The notes beneath the pieces were generated by a model, which was not told where the DNA came from, made no database searches, and saw only the letters and a program-made list of their open reading frames with translations. This document shows positions 8,044-15,981 of a DNA stretch of 20,000 bases, piece by piece. Source of the stretch: an uncultured virus (IMG/VR IMGVR_UViG_3300037418_001250) (taxonomy: Duplodnaviria > Heunggongvirae > Uroviricota > Caudoviricetes); the IMG/VR virus record IMGVR_UViG_3300037418_001250; one strand, 5' to 3'. Position numbers and translations under genes: made by a program. How positions within the stretch are numbered: position 1 is the stretch's first letter; every line of letters begins with the position of its first letter.

Positions 8044-8309
8044 AACGGGAAAACATCAAGGGTCTCGTCGATGAACGGCTGGCGGCCATCGGCTGCCCGT
8101 TGAGCAACCGCAACGTCAAGATCGTGCCGTCGCGGACCCGCATCGAGGTCGCCGTCGGTGATCGGCGGATGGTCATGGAGTTCAATTCGGGCCTCCCCGA
8201 GTGCGAGGTCAGATCGAAGATCGCCGACTTCGAGCGCCGGTACTTGGACTGCAAAAATCAGGTCGACCTCGAAGAGGCGATCGGCGACGTACTGGCGGCG
8301 GGGGAGTGA
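8040..8309 (+). CDS. Hypothetical protein (89 aa)
   Basis: ATGA overlap, SD GGAG, fits the operon. Confidence 0.7.
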   Translation: MKRENIKGLVDERLAAIGCPLSNRNVKIVPSRTRIEVAVGDRRMVMEFNSGLPECEVRSKIADFERRYLDCKNQVDLEEAIGDVLAAGE

Positions 8310-8314
8310 GGGCG

Positions 8315-8734
8315 ATGTGGCTTCAATTCATCGGCGTGCAGTGCTGCAATTGCGGCATACACTTTGGCCTTGAGAGCAGCCATCACGCGCTGCTCAAGCG
8401 GGACGGCGAGTGGTTTCATTGTCCGAACGGCCACAAGCAGCGCTATAGCGGCAATACCGAAAAGGAACAGTTGCGCCGCGAGCGCGACCAGCTCAGGCAG
8501 CGGCTTGCTCAGGTGGATGATCGCAATCGCGAGCTTCGCGATGCACGCGACGCCGCCGAGCGCCGCGTTGCGGCCGCCAAGGGGCAGATCACAAAACTCA
8601 AGAAGCGCGCCTCGGCCGGCACCTGCCCGTGCTGCAACCGGACGTTCCAGCAGCTCGCCGCGCACATGAAGCAGAAGCATCCCGATTTCGGCCCCAAGGT
8701 TGTCGATTTGGATGCGGCCAGGGGGAGAGCGTAA
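8315..8734 (+). CDS. Zn-binding / coiled-coil / C2H2-type finger protein
   Basis: ATG 8315; CCNC...CPNGH, heptad-rich centre, CPCC...H....H. Confidence 0.75.
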   Translation: MWLQFIGVQCCNCGIHFGLESSHHALLKRDGEWFHCPNGHKQRYSGNTEKEQLRRERDQLRQRLAQVDDRNRELRDARDAAERRVAAAKGQITKLKKRASAGTCPCCNRTFQQLAAHMKQKHPDFGPKVVDLDAARGRA

Positions 8735-8738
8735 GACG

Positions 8739-9143
8739 ATGGACGGTTTTGCAGATCAGCTCGACGTCTTCCGCCGCCACATGACGGAGGACGCCCACTA
8801 CCAGCTCGCGCAATTGCAGCAGCTCGACGCCGCTCTGAGCGAAGTCGATCAGCAGCTTTTGGATTATCTCAACGGCATGTTCCGCCGTCACGGCGAACGC
8901 CGCAGCGGCCTTATCATGCGGCTCGTCGAAGAGGCGCGGCGGTATGAGCTTCCGAGCTATCCTGAGAAACAAGGCGAAGAACGCCCAGGCGTGGCTCAGG
9001 GCGGCAATCTTGCGCGGCCGCGGTTTCTGGGAGGGGGAGAAATGCAGGAGGCGCCAGCGGCCCAGGACGGGGCGGCTGACGCGCCTGAGAATTGGGAAGG
9101 GTATCGCGGCCCCTACGAGGGCTGGCGGGTGCCGCATCAATAA
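8739..9143 (+). CDS. Hypothetical coiled-coil protein
   Basis: ATG 8739 after GGGGAG; last rightward gene before the terminator. Confidence 0.65.
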   Translation: MDGFADQLDVFRRHMTEDAHYQLAQLQQLDAALSEVDQQLLDYLNGMFRRHGERRSGLIMRLVEEARRYELPSYPEKQGEERPGVAQGGNLARPRFLGGGEMQEAPAAQDGAADAPENWEGYRGPYEGWRVPHQ

Positions 9144-9186
9144 AAATAGGGCGGCTTCCTGACCCGAATCAGAAAGCCGCCCCTTT
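9143..9186 (-). terminator. Intrinsic terminator between convergent operons (best on minus strand)
   Basis: Minus strand: GGGCGGCUUUCUGA-UUCGGG-UCAGGAAGCCGCCC (14-bp stem, one G-U; 9149-9182) then UAUUUUU; plus strand has one mismatch and CTTT. Confidence 0.85.
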
Positions 9187-9220
9187 GAACATCACAGCGG
9201 CCGGACTGGAGAGAACGGCG

Positions 9221-9436
9221 TCAGTGACGTTGCTCCTTATGTAGGGGCGTCCATAGCTCGTGTCCATCATCCATCGTCAGGACTTCCCAGGTTTTCCCGC
9301 CGCGGGTGACGTGCTGGACGGGCGGCCGCGAGCGCCACTCATCGAGCATTTTATCGCGCTGGCGAACCCGGATACTCGAGGCGATGGTCTGCGCGATGAT
9401 CGCGATGAGAAAGACCGCCAGAGCTTCGCCGATCAT
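9221..9436 (-). CDS. Small protein with N-terminal TM segment
   Basis: MIGEALAVFLIAIIAQTIA; ATGA overlap with upstream gene. Confidence 0.7.
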   Translation of the reverse strand: MIGEALAVFLIAIIAQTIASSIRVRQRDKMLDEWRSRPPVQHVTRGGKTWEVLTMDDGHELWTPLHKEQRH

Positions 9437-9744
9437 GGCTCGACCTTCTCCGAATATCGAGGGAGGAATCCCGCCATCAGCTTGCCGGTGCGGCGGTCGA
9501 TGTGGCGCCGGATGCCGAAGACGTCATGACTGAAATCGAAGTCGCCGGCATAGAGCAAGGCCCTGAGCGCCAAGGGGTTGCCGTTGCAGTGAACCGCCGT
9601 GATGTCCATCGCCAGCGAGACGCCGTCGATGGTGACGTCGGCTTCCTTGGCGAGCTTCAAGCTGCGTCGCACGATCATCCGGATCAGGATGCGATCTTCC
9701 GGCGTGACGTCGAAATTGACTTTGGCTTTCGCATTCATCTTCAT
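9433..9744 (-). CDS. DUF6874-like phage protein
   Basis: 'MDITAVHCNGNPL.L..LL.A.DFDFSHDVFGIRRHIDRRTGKL...FLPRY' recognised family pattern. Confidence 0.75.
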   Translation of the reverse strand: MKMNAKAKVNFDVTPEDRILIRMIVRRSLKLAKEADVTIDGVSLAMDITAVHCNGNPLALRALLYAGDFDFSHDVFGIRRHIDRRTGKLMAGFLPRYSEKVEP

Positions 9745-10235
9745 CCGTACACCACGTCCTTCAAGGTTACGAGTTGCAGGAAGACGTCGGCGGTGATGGC
9801 GTCGTCGTTCTCGGCCATGAAGTCGCCGAAGTGGCGGGCGTGTTTTTCCGCCATGAGCTTGAGCCCGGCGTCGAGTTCGGCGCGGGTGACGCGGTGGCGC
9901 TTGAGGTTGTCTTCGCTCTTTTTCAGGTTGAAGTATTCCGCCTCATCTTCGATCTCGTAGACGTCGACGGCGAAGTCGGATGATGCCCAAAGCCGCGCAT
10001 CGTTGTACCAGACAGTATTCGCCTCGAAGCCTTCCCAATCATCGTCGTCGATGCGCTGACCCTCGATGACGGCGTGACGGAAGCGGATGCCGCCGCACCA
10101 CGATCGCGTCATGTGGTTGCATTCGATGGCGTTGACGAAAAGATCGGCGATGCGTTCGGCCGGAATTTCGACCTTGGTGGCGATGATGAAGACGTCGGGT
10201 TTTTGTTCGGTACTTTCGATGGTTTCGGTCGTCAT
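9741..10235 (-). CDS. Acidic phage hypothetical protein (164 aa)
   Basis: Start placed at ATG 10235 by the GACTGGAGA motif; C-terminal 'DAITADVFLQL....DVVYG'. Confidence 0.75.
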   Translation of the reverse strand: MTTETIESTEQKPDVFIIATKVEIPAERIADLFVNAIECNHMTRSWCGGIRFRHAVIEGQRIDDDDWEGFEANTVWYNDARLWASSDFAVDVYEIEDEAEYFNLKKSEDNLKRHRVTRAELDAGLKLMAEKHARHFGDFMAENDDAITADVFLQLVTLKDVVYG

Positions 10236-10240
10236 GGCTT

Positions 10241-10263
10241 TCTCCAGTCTCAGGGTTAGAATT
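10241..10263 (-). repeat. Start-associated motif copy 1
   Basis: Minus: AAATTC-TAA-CCCTG-AGACTGGAGA-AAGCC-ATG. Confidence 0.85.
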
Positions 10264-10525
10264 TCTCGCGCGCAATGCACTCGCAGAGGTCGATGGCGAA
10301 CTGCATCATGTCGTTGTCCCGCATAATCCGGGCCTCAAGCACGATGGCTGAGACGACGAAGCCCTTTGCGGTTGAGAGCTTTTTCGCGATAAGGCGGCGC
10401 TCGTACTGGTTTCCCTGCACCCACTTGTTCAGCCAGTAGCGGGCGCGCGTTTCTCGCCGTTCGAGCCGCTTTTGCCGTTGGCTCGGCGGCTCCGCCGTAA
10501 TGTTTTCGGCCAGAAGGGAGGTCAT
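10256..10525 (-). CDS. Basic hypothetical protein (89 aa)
   Basis: SD GGAGG upstream; stop TAA is part of the motif. Confidence 0.7.
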   Translation of the reverse strand: MTSLLAENITAEPPSQRQKRLERRETRARYWLNKWVQGNQYERRLIAKKLSTAKGFVVSAIVLEARIMRDNDMMQFAIDLCECIAREKF

Positions 10526-10528
10526 GGC

Positions 10529-10936
10529 TCAGTATTCCTCCGCCAGCATGATCGTCAGCACGCGGGTTGTTTGCTTCGGGTCGGCTGGATCGTTGCCGCC
10601 GAACTCGAGTTTTTTGTCGTAGTAATCTATTCGCCAATAATAGCGGCCATCTTCAAAGTCGAAGGCCCCAAACTCTGCTTCGAAATACGGGTCGTTGTCG
10701 GCCGTGAACTCCTTGTAGTTACGGACCCTCCTTACGATCTCATGGCGCTTCCCGAACGGAAGAGTTGAGACGCCGTGACTGAATACAATGCGACCTCCGA
10801 TTAACGTCTCGCGAAAGCGGTTGTTGAGGGCGCGGATTTTCTTGGTTCGCGCGTCGGCAAATTCCTTGACGTTTTGCGCGTGCCGTTCGACCAAATAGGC
10901 TTGCTCGGCGGGGCCGCGATCTTCGTGGGGCTGCAT
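10529..10936 (-). CDS. DUF3768-like protein
   Basis: 'IRALNNRFR...F.ADNDPY.E.EFGAF......YWRIDYYD......DPADP..TTRVLTIMLAEEY'. Confidence 0.88.
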   Translation of the reverse strand: MQPHEDRGPAEQAYLVERHAQNVKEFADARTKKIRALNNRFRETLIGGRIVFSHGVSTLPFGKRHEIVRRVRNYKEFTADNDPYFEAEFGAFDFEDGRYYWRIDYYDKKLEFGGNDPADPKQTTRVLTIMLAEEY

Positions 10937-10941
10937 GATGG

Positions 10942-10971
10942 TCTCCAGTCTCGGGTTGCGGGTTAGAATTT
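10942..10971 (-). repeat. Start-associated motif copy 2
   Basis: Minus: AAATTC-TAA-CCCGC-AACCCG-AGACTGGAGA-CCATC-ATG. Confidence 0.85.
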
Positions 10972-11157
10972 GAAATCTTTGAGCCAGGACGGCCCAAAGT
11001 CATTTCGGAGCTGCCGCACGGCTGGGATATGTTCAGGGCGGAAGTCTGCCGCGCCGCCCTCCCAAACTCGGCGCATGTGCGTCTTCCACCGACGGCCGTA
11101 GCGGTCGACAAATGCGCCGATTGCGAGGATTTGTTCGTCGGTAAGTTTGCGTTCCAT
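10963..11157 (-). CDS. Hypothetical protein (64 aa)
   Basis: MERKLTDEQ...YGRRWK...LRNDFGPSWL; start after GGGAG. Confidence 0.7.
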   Translation of the reverse strand: MERKLTDEQILAIGAFVDRYGRRWKTHMRRVWEGGAADFRPEHIPAVRQLRNDFGPSWLKDFKF

Positions 11158-11159
11158 GC

Positions 11160-11510
11160 TCACGCGCGCTCCCTGGCCTGACGTTTCTCGATCTTGTCGA
11201 CGGCGCGAAAGATTTCTTCTTGCGATAGCCTCCAGCCGCGCTCCTGCGGCAGCCGCGCGACGACGACCCACTTGAATTGCTGGTAGAGCCGGAGCGCCAC
11301 GTCCTTGTCGCCGTAGGCGTCAGCGAGCAGCGCGAGGCTGAGCTGCGCTGGGCCGCTTCCGCCGTAGCCCCAATTGAAACCGTCGGGCGAATGGTTGACG
11401 AGGTCGCTGCGCGGGTTGAGCGGATAGAAGCGTCCCGTTGGCAGGTGGACGGAAACGTCCCGCCGTCCGAACGGGGTTTCGCCGCGGTAGGTTTTGAGCG
11501 CCTGGATCAT
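11160..11510 (-). CDS. DUF6166-like protein
   Basis: 'NHSPDGFNWGYGGSGPAQLSLALL.......A..LYQQFK'. Confidence 0.85.
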   Translation of the reverse strand: MIQALKTYRGETPFGRRDVSVHLPTGRFYPLNPRSDLVNHSPDGFNWGYGGSGPAQLSLALLADAYGDKDVALRLYQQFKWVVVARLPQERGWRLSQEEIFRAVDKIEKRQARERA

Positions 11511-12994
11511 TCTGCGGCCTCCTTGACGTCGGCGGCAGCGCGCTTTTTGAGCGCGTCGAGCTTGCTGGTGAGGTCTGGATGCACGTCGAGCTTTTCCTGC
11601 CCGCGCGTCGCCGCGACGTAGAACAGCATCAGCTCATCTGTCGGGATCGGCTTCTCGCCTTTCTCGGGGTCTTCCTTTTTCGAGACGCCGATCAGGAAGT
11701 CTTCGCAAAGCTTGACCTCGCCCCACTCGCGGCCCTTCGACTTGTGCCCTGTAGAAAGCACGACGTCGGCTTTCTTCTCGTCTTTGGGCAGGCCCTCGAA
11801 GGCATCCTTCAAGGCGTCGACGCCGTATTTCTCGACGAGGTTGACCCAGCCCGAAAGCTCCCGGTTGTCTTCGTCCTGCGCGGCGATCCTGACCTCGGCC
11901 CAATTTTTGTAGCCGAAGAACATCAGCGGATTGTCGACGGTCATGCCCGCCTGCAGCTTTTCGGTGGCGTCCAGGAGCGTCAGCATTTCGGCAACGCCAC
12001 CGACGATGAACGGCCGCTTGCCGGCTTCGAGCTGGCCGACAAGCTCTTCGATCAGCCGGGCGTTGGTGCGGGCGAGGATCGCCCGCGGGTTTGCGATGAT
12101 CTCCAGACTATCTGTCTTCTCCGGGTTGCCGGTCAGCGGCAGAGTTTCGCCGAGCATCGCAAGAATGCCGGTCGCGAAGCCCGCGATATTCGGGCCGAAG
12201 CGGAATGAGGTCGACAGCCGCCGTTCGATCTCGGTCGGCAATTCGACCATCGCGTTCATCGCCCCGCGCCACCTGTAGATCGATTGCCACTTGTCGCCGA
12301 CGGTGATGAGTTGCGCCCCTTGGTGCCGCATCAATTCCATGACGACGCCGTTGGTGTCCTGCGCCTCATCGAGCAGGATGAAGTCGCCGTCGATTTGCGG
12401 CTTTTCCATCGCCCACATTTTGAGATAGCCGTCGTGCGTCATCGGCAGCTTCGACGCCGGGTCGATCATTTGCGCCCAGAGCTGTTCGCCGTTGCGGACG
12501 ATGTCTTTCCTGAGCCCGAGCAGCAGGGGCGCCGCGAGCTTCGTCAGCTTGCCTTCGATGTGGCAGTGACGGAGCGTGATCTGATCGTCGCCGGAGCGCA
12601 TGAACTTCTGCACCGCTTCGAGCACGAGGCGGCCGTAGCTCCGTTCGGAAATGAAGAGGTCGTCGCCGTAGTCGCGCTTCCTGTAGCCGAGCTTCATCGC
12701 AATGAAGCCGCCGTTGAGGTTGCCGGTCATCTTGTCCATGCCGAAGCCGCGCTTGATGATCGAGCGGAAGGCGAGCGAGTGCATGGTCGAGCAATTGATC
12801 GTTCGCGGGAATTTCGACTTGGCTTCTTCCGCGATCGATTTGTTGAAGGCGACGTAGGTGCCGCGCCGGTCGGTGGCGTTGGCGAGAAGCTTCAAGGTCG
12901 ACGTCTTACCGGTTCCGGCATAGGCGTTAATGCGCAACTTCTTTCCGGTTTGGAAAGCTTCAACGCAAGCGGATTGCTGTGGTGTCGGCTGCAT
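11507..12994 (-). CDS. UvrD/Rep-like SF1 helicase
   Basis: AYAGTGKT, LDEAQD, VGDKWQSIYRWRGA, LSTSFRFG, ILARTN, STGHKSKGREW, FYVAATR. Confidence 0.95.
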   Translation of the reverse strand: MQPTPQQSACVEAFQTGKKLRINAYAGTGKTSTLKLLANATDRRGTYVAFNKSIAEEAKSKFPRTINCSTMHSLAFRSIIKRGFGMDKMTGNLNGGFIAMKLGYRKRDYGDDLFISERSYGRLVLEAVQKFMRSGDDQITLRHCHIEGKLTKLAAPLLLGLRKDIVRNGEQLWAQMIDPASKLPMTHDGYLKMWAMEKPQIDGDFILLDEAQDTNGVVMELMRHQGAQLITVGDKWQSIYRWRGAMNAMVELPTEIERRLSTSFRFGPNIAGFATGILAMLGETLPLTGNPEKTDSLEIIANPRAILARTNARLIEELVGQLEAGKRPFIVGGVAEMLTLLDATEKLQAGMTVDNPLMFFGYKNWAEVRIAAQDEDNRELSGWVNLVEKYGVDALKDAFEGLPKDEKKADVVLSTGHKSKGREWGEVKLCEDFLIGVSKKEDPEKGEKPIPTDELMLFYVAATRGQEKLDVHPDLTSKLDALKKRAAADVKEAAE

Positions 12995-13045
12995 GGCTCG
13001 GTGGCCCCTCTGTTTAGGTTGAAGACGTGAGCGTTAGCTTGTCCA

Positions 13046-13249
13046 TTACGCATCCTCGCGCATCGACAGGCCTGCTTCCAAAATGCCGACGACGATCGGA
13101 TCGAGGTAACGCGGCTCGATGGCGACGGCGCCGCCGATCCACATGACGTCGGGCGGCAAGTTCTCGTGGACCCAATCGATCGCGTCCGCCGTCAATGGCG
13201 CGAGCGTGACGATGGAGCCGTGGTAGGTGGCTTCGAAGTCTTTCGGCAT
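13046..13249 (-). CDS. Hypothetical protein (67 aa)
   Basis: SD GGAGG; fits the operon. Confidence 0.7.
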   Translation of the reverse strand: MPKDFEATYHGSIVTLAPLTADAIDWVHENLPPDVMWIGGAVAIEPRYLDPIVVGILEAGLSMREDA

Positions 13250-13252
13250 CGC

Positions 13253-13570
13253 TCAGCCCTCCCGTTTCATGGCGGCGAGAGCTTCGGCGGAGCCGCGCGG
13301 GTAAAGGCCGCCCTTGTCCATCCAGGTGCGAACTTTATCGGGTGAGCCCCAGCACTCGGACGGCGCATGGCGGTAGAGAAACTTCACGTAGTCGACGATA
13401 TGGTTGATGTTGGTGTCGTCGGCGTTCTGGCAGGACCGCTTGAGATCGTTTTCGAGGACTGCACTCAGGAACGAACCGACCGAGCGTCCAAGCTCAATGT
13501 AGCGGCGAAGTCCGGCGCGGCAGTGCTCGGGAATGAGTGACCAATCGGCGGTTTCAAAATCGTAAGGCAT
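13253..13570 (-). CDS. Phage hypothetical protein (105 aa)
   Basis: 'L.RYIE.G...GSFL.AVLENDL...AD..N....LY..AP..CWGS'; preceded by the motif. Confidence 0.8.
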   Translation of the reverse strand: MPYDFETADWSLIPEHCRAGLRRYIELGRSVGSFLSAVLENDLKRSCQNADDTNINHIVDYVKFLYRHAPSECWGSPDKVRTWMDKGGLYPRGSAEALAAMKREG

Positions 13571-13577
13571 TGTGAGG

Positions 13578-13603
13578 TCTCCAGTCTCGTTTCGGGTTGA
13601 AGA
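13578..13603 (-). repeat. Start-associated motif copy 3
   Basis: Minus: TGA-TCTTC-AACCCG-AAACG-AGACTGGAGA-CCTCACA-ATG. Confidence 0.85.
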
Positions 13604-14506
13604 TCAGGCGGCAAGGTCGAAGAGGTCGGCGAGCGTCGCTTGCTCGCGTGGCACCTTCGGCATTTTGTTGGGACGCGCGAACGCTGGCGGCGGAATGTTG
13701 CAGCCGAGCACGGCGGCGCTGTCGATCGCGGCCTTGATGGCCTTGTTCTGCAGCCGCGCGAGCCGCTTGGCGCGCTTTTCATCGAAGGCGCCGGAGGCCC
13801 AGAAAAGCGGCTGGCCGCCTTCGTTCCAGACGCGGCCGAAGCTCTCGACTTTGCACTTCGGCTCAATGAAGCCGTTGAAGTAGGTCAGGGCATCCTTGAC
13901 GGTCTCGAAGCGGCAGCACCGCTTCTCGTTATCGACCTCGAAGGCATAGACGTGGCCGTCGATGCAATGGCGCACGTCGTATTTGTCGGAGCGGACCGAG
14001 GGGCGAAACTCGCGCCAGTTCCAGCGGTCGTTTTTGCGGATCGAGAGCGGAATGTCGATCTGGTTGGCGTAACGTGGTAATGCCCGCTTGGCGAGTTCGA
14101 CGCCTTCGAGCCAATCCTGCCCGTCGCCGTCGCTCGATACCGAAAAGCCCTTGCCGTCGGCACTGATGCTTTCGAGATAGGCGAGGATCGCGACGACGGC
14201 GAGGTCGTAGGGTTTTTGCGCCGTCTTGCAGAAGGCCCAGCCGAGCCGGCCGGGCGTTTGGTAGTCTTCGAGGCGACGCACGCGCTCGATGTAGAAGGTC
14301 TCGTGCCCGTCGTCGCCGATGCCGTTGAAGCGGATTTTGTCGCCGGTCACTTCCGGCTGCGTGCCAGCTTCGTCCCATTCGGCGGCGAGCGCGACGCCCT
14401 GGACGTGCTGCACGTCCTTGAGGATCAGGCGAACGTCGCGGCAGAGTTCATCCCATTCGTCGCCGGTGAAGTCCCGCAATTGCGTCCAGTAATGCGTATA
14501 GCCCAT
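13604..14506 (-). CDS. Hypothetical protein (300 aa) starting MGYTHYW
   Basis: Start set at ATG 14506 by the motif; contains HETF, FCKT..KPYD, VSSDG..DW. Confidence 0.8.
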   Translation of the reverse strand: MGYTHYWTQLRDFTGDEWDELCRDVRLILKDVQHVQGVALAAEWDEAGTQPEVTGDKIRFNGIGDDGHETFYIERVRRLEDYQTPGRLGWAFCKTAQKPYDLAVVAILAYLESISADGKGFSVSSDGDGQDWLEGVELAKRALPRYANQIDIPLSIRKNDRWNWREFRPSVRSDKYDVRHCIDGHVYAFEVDNEKRCCRFETVKDALTYFNGFIEPKCKVESFGRVWNEGGQPLFWASGAFDEKRAKRLARLQNKAIKAAIDSAAVLGCNIPPPAFARPNKMPKVPREQATLADLFDLAA

Positions 14507-14514
14507 AATCGAGG

Positions 14515-14533
14515 TCTCCAGTCTCATCGGGTT
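14515..14533 (-). repeat. Start-associated motif copy 4
   Basis: Minus: AACCCG-ATG-AGACTGGAGA-CCTCGATT-ATG; a hairpin (14541-14560) lies just upstream. Confidence 0.85.
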
Positions 14534-14605
14534 GAAAGGTCCGGGGCATTCGCGCCCCGGCAGTTGACCGCCCGTCCTTTGCGTGTGGAGGAAGCGCGGC
14601 GGTAG

Positions 14606-14649
14606 TTTCGAAAAGCGAAAGTTCAAGTCTGAACTTTCTAAAACAGAAA
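14606..14649. promoter_or_regulatory. Two operator-like palindromes around a probable leftward promoter
   Basis: TTTCG-AAAAG-CGAAA (14606-14620) and TTTCT-AAAAC-AGAAA (14635-14649); minus-strand TTGAAC lies between them. Confidence 0.65.
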
Positions 14650-14651
14650 GG

Positions 14652-14855
14652 CTAGAGCGAAACAAAAACCGAGCGGATGCACTTGTGGAAATAGCCGCCG
14701 GCACTCTTGGCGCTCTTGAGCCCGCGAAAAACCTCTTCCGGGACGTCCTGGTAGGTCGTGGCGTGGCCCGAGTTGAAGGTGATCGTCAGATGTTTTTTCT
14801 TCGGGTCGTAGGTCGCATACTTGAGCGCGGCGCTTTCAAATTCAGCGGTCAGCAT
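14652..14855 (-). CDS. KTSC-domain protein
   Basis: 'SAALKYATYD....LTITFNSG....YQDVPEEVFRGL..AKSAGGYFHKCIR'. Confidence 0.9.
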   Translation of the reverse strand: MLTAEFESAALKYATYDPKKKHLTITFNSGHATTYQDVPEEVFRGLKSAKSAGGYFHKCIRSVFVSL

Positions 14856-14857
14856 GG

Positions 14858-15064
14858 TCAAAGCTCCATTTGTTGCCAGTGATCCCGCAGCACTTCGGCG
14901 TGCCAATACTGCGGGGTTTCTTCGATCAGCACGCCGGTCTCGGGTTCAAGCGGGTCGCGGACAAAGACGCCAAAATGCGTCGGCTCATTCCATTCGTTGC
15001 GGATAAGATCGATCCAGACGTCGACGCGACCGCGGCCGTCGGGGCCGAGGTAAATTCCCGGCAT
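14858..15064 (-). CDS. Hypothetical protein (68 aa)
   Basis: MPGIYLGPDG..; TGATG coupling at 15064. Confidence 0.65.
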   Translation of the reverse strand: MPGIYLGPDGRGRVDVWIDLIRNEWNEPTHFGVFVRDPLEPETGVLIEETPQYWHAEVLRDHWQQMEL

Positions 15065-15363
15065 CAAAAGGCCCTTTCCAAATTGGAACGGCGCAAGGCA
15101 TGAAGACGCTCGCGCGCCGTCATGGCGCAAAGCGCCTGATGGAACCGGGCGTTGGCCCAGGCGGCGATTTCGTTGGCGTCGCCCGCCTCCAGAGCGCGGC
15201 GGAAATTCTTGCGCCACATGCGGGAAAGTTCGAGTTCGGCGTGGTACTCATCGAGCAGGCGGCCGTAGGGCAACGGCGCGTTCGGCCAGTCGGCGGCAGA
15301 GACTTGCCAGCGGGAGGCGCGAAGCTCGGCGAACATCGCGCGGATGCGTTCGGAAATGGTCAT
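15064..15363 (-). CDS. Hypothetical protein (99 aa)
   Basis: Preceded by motif copy 5. Confidence 0.75.
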   Translation of the reverse strand: MTISERIRAMFAELRASRWQVSAADWPNAPLPYGRLLDEYHAELELSRMWRKNFRRALEAGDANEIAAWANARFHQALCAMTARERLHALRRSNLERAF

Positions 15364-15400
15364 CGGGTTCTCCAGTCTTCGGGTTTCGGGTTACTCGGGT
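15364..15400 (-). repeat. Start-associated motif copy 5 with four ACCCG units
   Basis: Minus: ACCCGAG-TAA-CCCGA-AACCCGA-AGACTGGAG-AACCCG-ATG. Confidence 0.85.
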
Positions 15401-15627
15401 AAAATTTCTTCCTCGTAGCAGCGCTGGCCGCGTGCGATCATCGCGTCGGCGTCGCCGTAGACGTCGCCCTTGCGGTCACAAAGGTGTTTGAGGTCTGCGA
15501 TCAAATCGCTGATGGCATCTTCGGGGTCGGTGCCGGTTTCGTCCATGAAGGCTTGCAGCGCGACCTCCGCCCAAGAGGCGCGGTCGTCGTTCATGTTCTC
15601 AGGATCAGGCGGCAATTTTTTCGGCAT
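15391..15627 (-). CDS. Small acidic hypothetical protein (78 aa; internal start of the 171-aa ORF)
   Basis: MPKKLPPDPENMNDDRASWAEVAL..F....DLIADLKHLCD; ATG 15627 preceded by motif copy 6. Confidence 0.75.
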   Translation of the reverse strand: MPKKLPPDPENMNDDRASWAEVALQAFMDETGTDPEDAISDLIADLKHLCDRKGDVYGDADAMIARGQRCYEEEILPE

Positions 15628-15906
15628 GGTCGTTTCTCCAGTCTTCGGGTTAGTCGCGGTCGCGTTGCTGGCGCGGGCTTCGAGGACGCCGACAATGGCG
15701 GCACCCCTGAACCATGCAGGGAAGTCGTCACCCCACTTGCGCGCCGTTCTGAGATAGGCGCGGGCGGCGGTTTCAGATTTGAAGGGAAAGAAAAAATCGC
15801 GAGCTGCGGTTCGCGTTCTGAATTTGGCGGGCACGCCGCTCCAGCAAGAGCCGGTGCGGTCGATGATCGTGCCGTCGGTCAGACGAATTGCGAATTGAGC
15901 TTCCAT
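15391..15906 (-). CDS. 171-aa ORF: 93-aa N-terminal module read in frame through the motif into the 78-aa protein
   Basis: ATG 15906 has its own shortened motif (AACCCG-GAGA-CCAGCCAC-ATG, 15915-15924); no in-frame stop before 15391. Confidence 0.55.
   Translation of the reverse strand: MEAQFAIRLTDGTIIDRTGSCWSGVPAKFRTRTAARDFFFPFKSETAARAYLRTARKWGDDFPAWFRGAAIVGVLEARASNATATNPKTGETTMPKKLPPDPENMNDDRASWAEVALQAFMDETGTDPEDAISDLIADLKHLCDRKGDVYGDADAMIARGQRCYEEEILPE
15635..15652 (-). repeat. Start-associated motif copy 6
   Basis: Minus: TAA-CCCGA-AGACTGGAGA-AACGACC-ATG. Confidence 0.85.
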
Positions 15907-15949
15907 GTGGCTGGTCTCCGGGTTGCGGGCTTTCCAGTGCCCCTATTGG

Positions 15950-15964
15950 TTTCTGATTTGGAAA
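15950..15964. promoter_or_regulatory. Operator-like palindrome TTTCT-GATTT-GGAAA
   Basis: About 45 bp upstream of the leftward ATG at 15906. Confidence 0.55.
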
Positions 15965-15981
15965 GCATAAGGCAGGGCAGG

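Noticed and set aside
14507..14704. 66-aa N-terminal extension of ORF 13604..14704
   Set aside because: Overlaps the KTSC gene and the operator/promoter region; the motif-associated ATG at 14506 is a better start.
10241..15652. Start motif copies as a CRISPR array or integron attC sites
   Set aside because: Repeats are short (10-25 nt), non-palindromic and separated by whole genes; no cas or integrase gene in the window.
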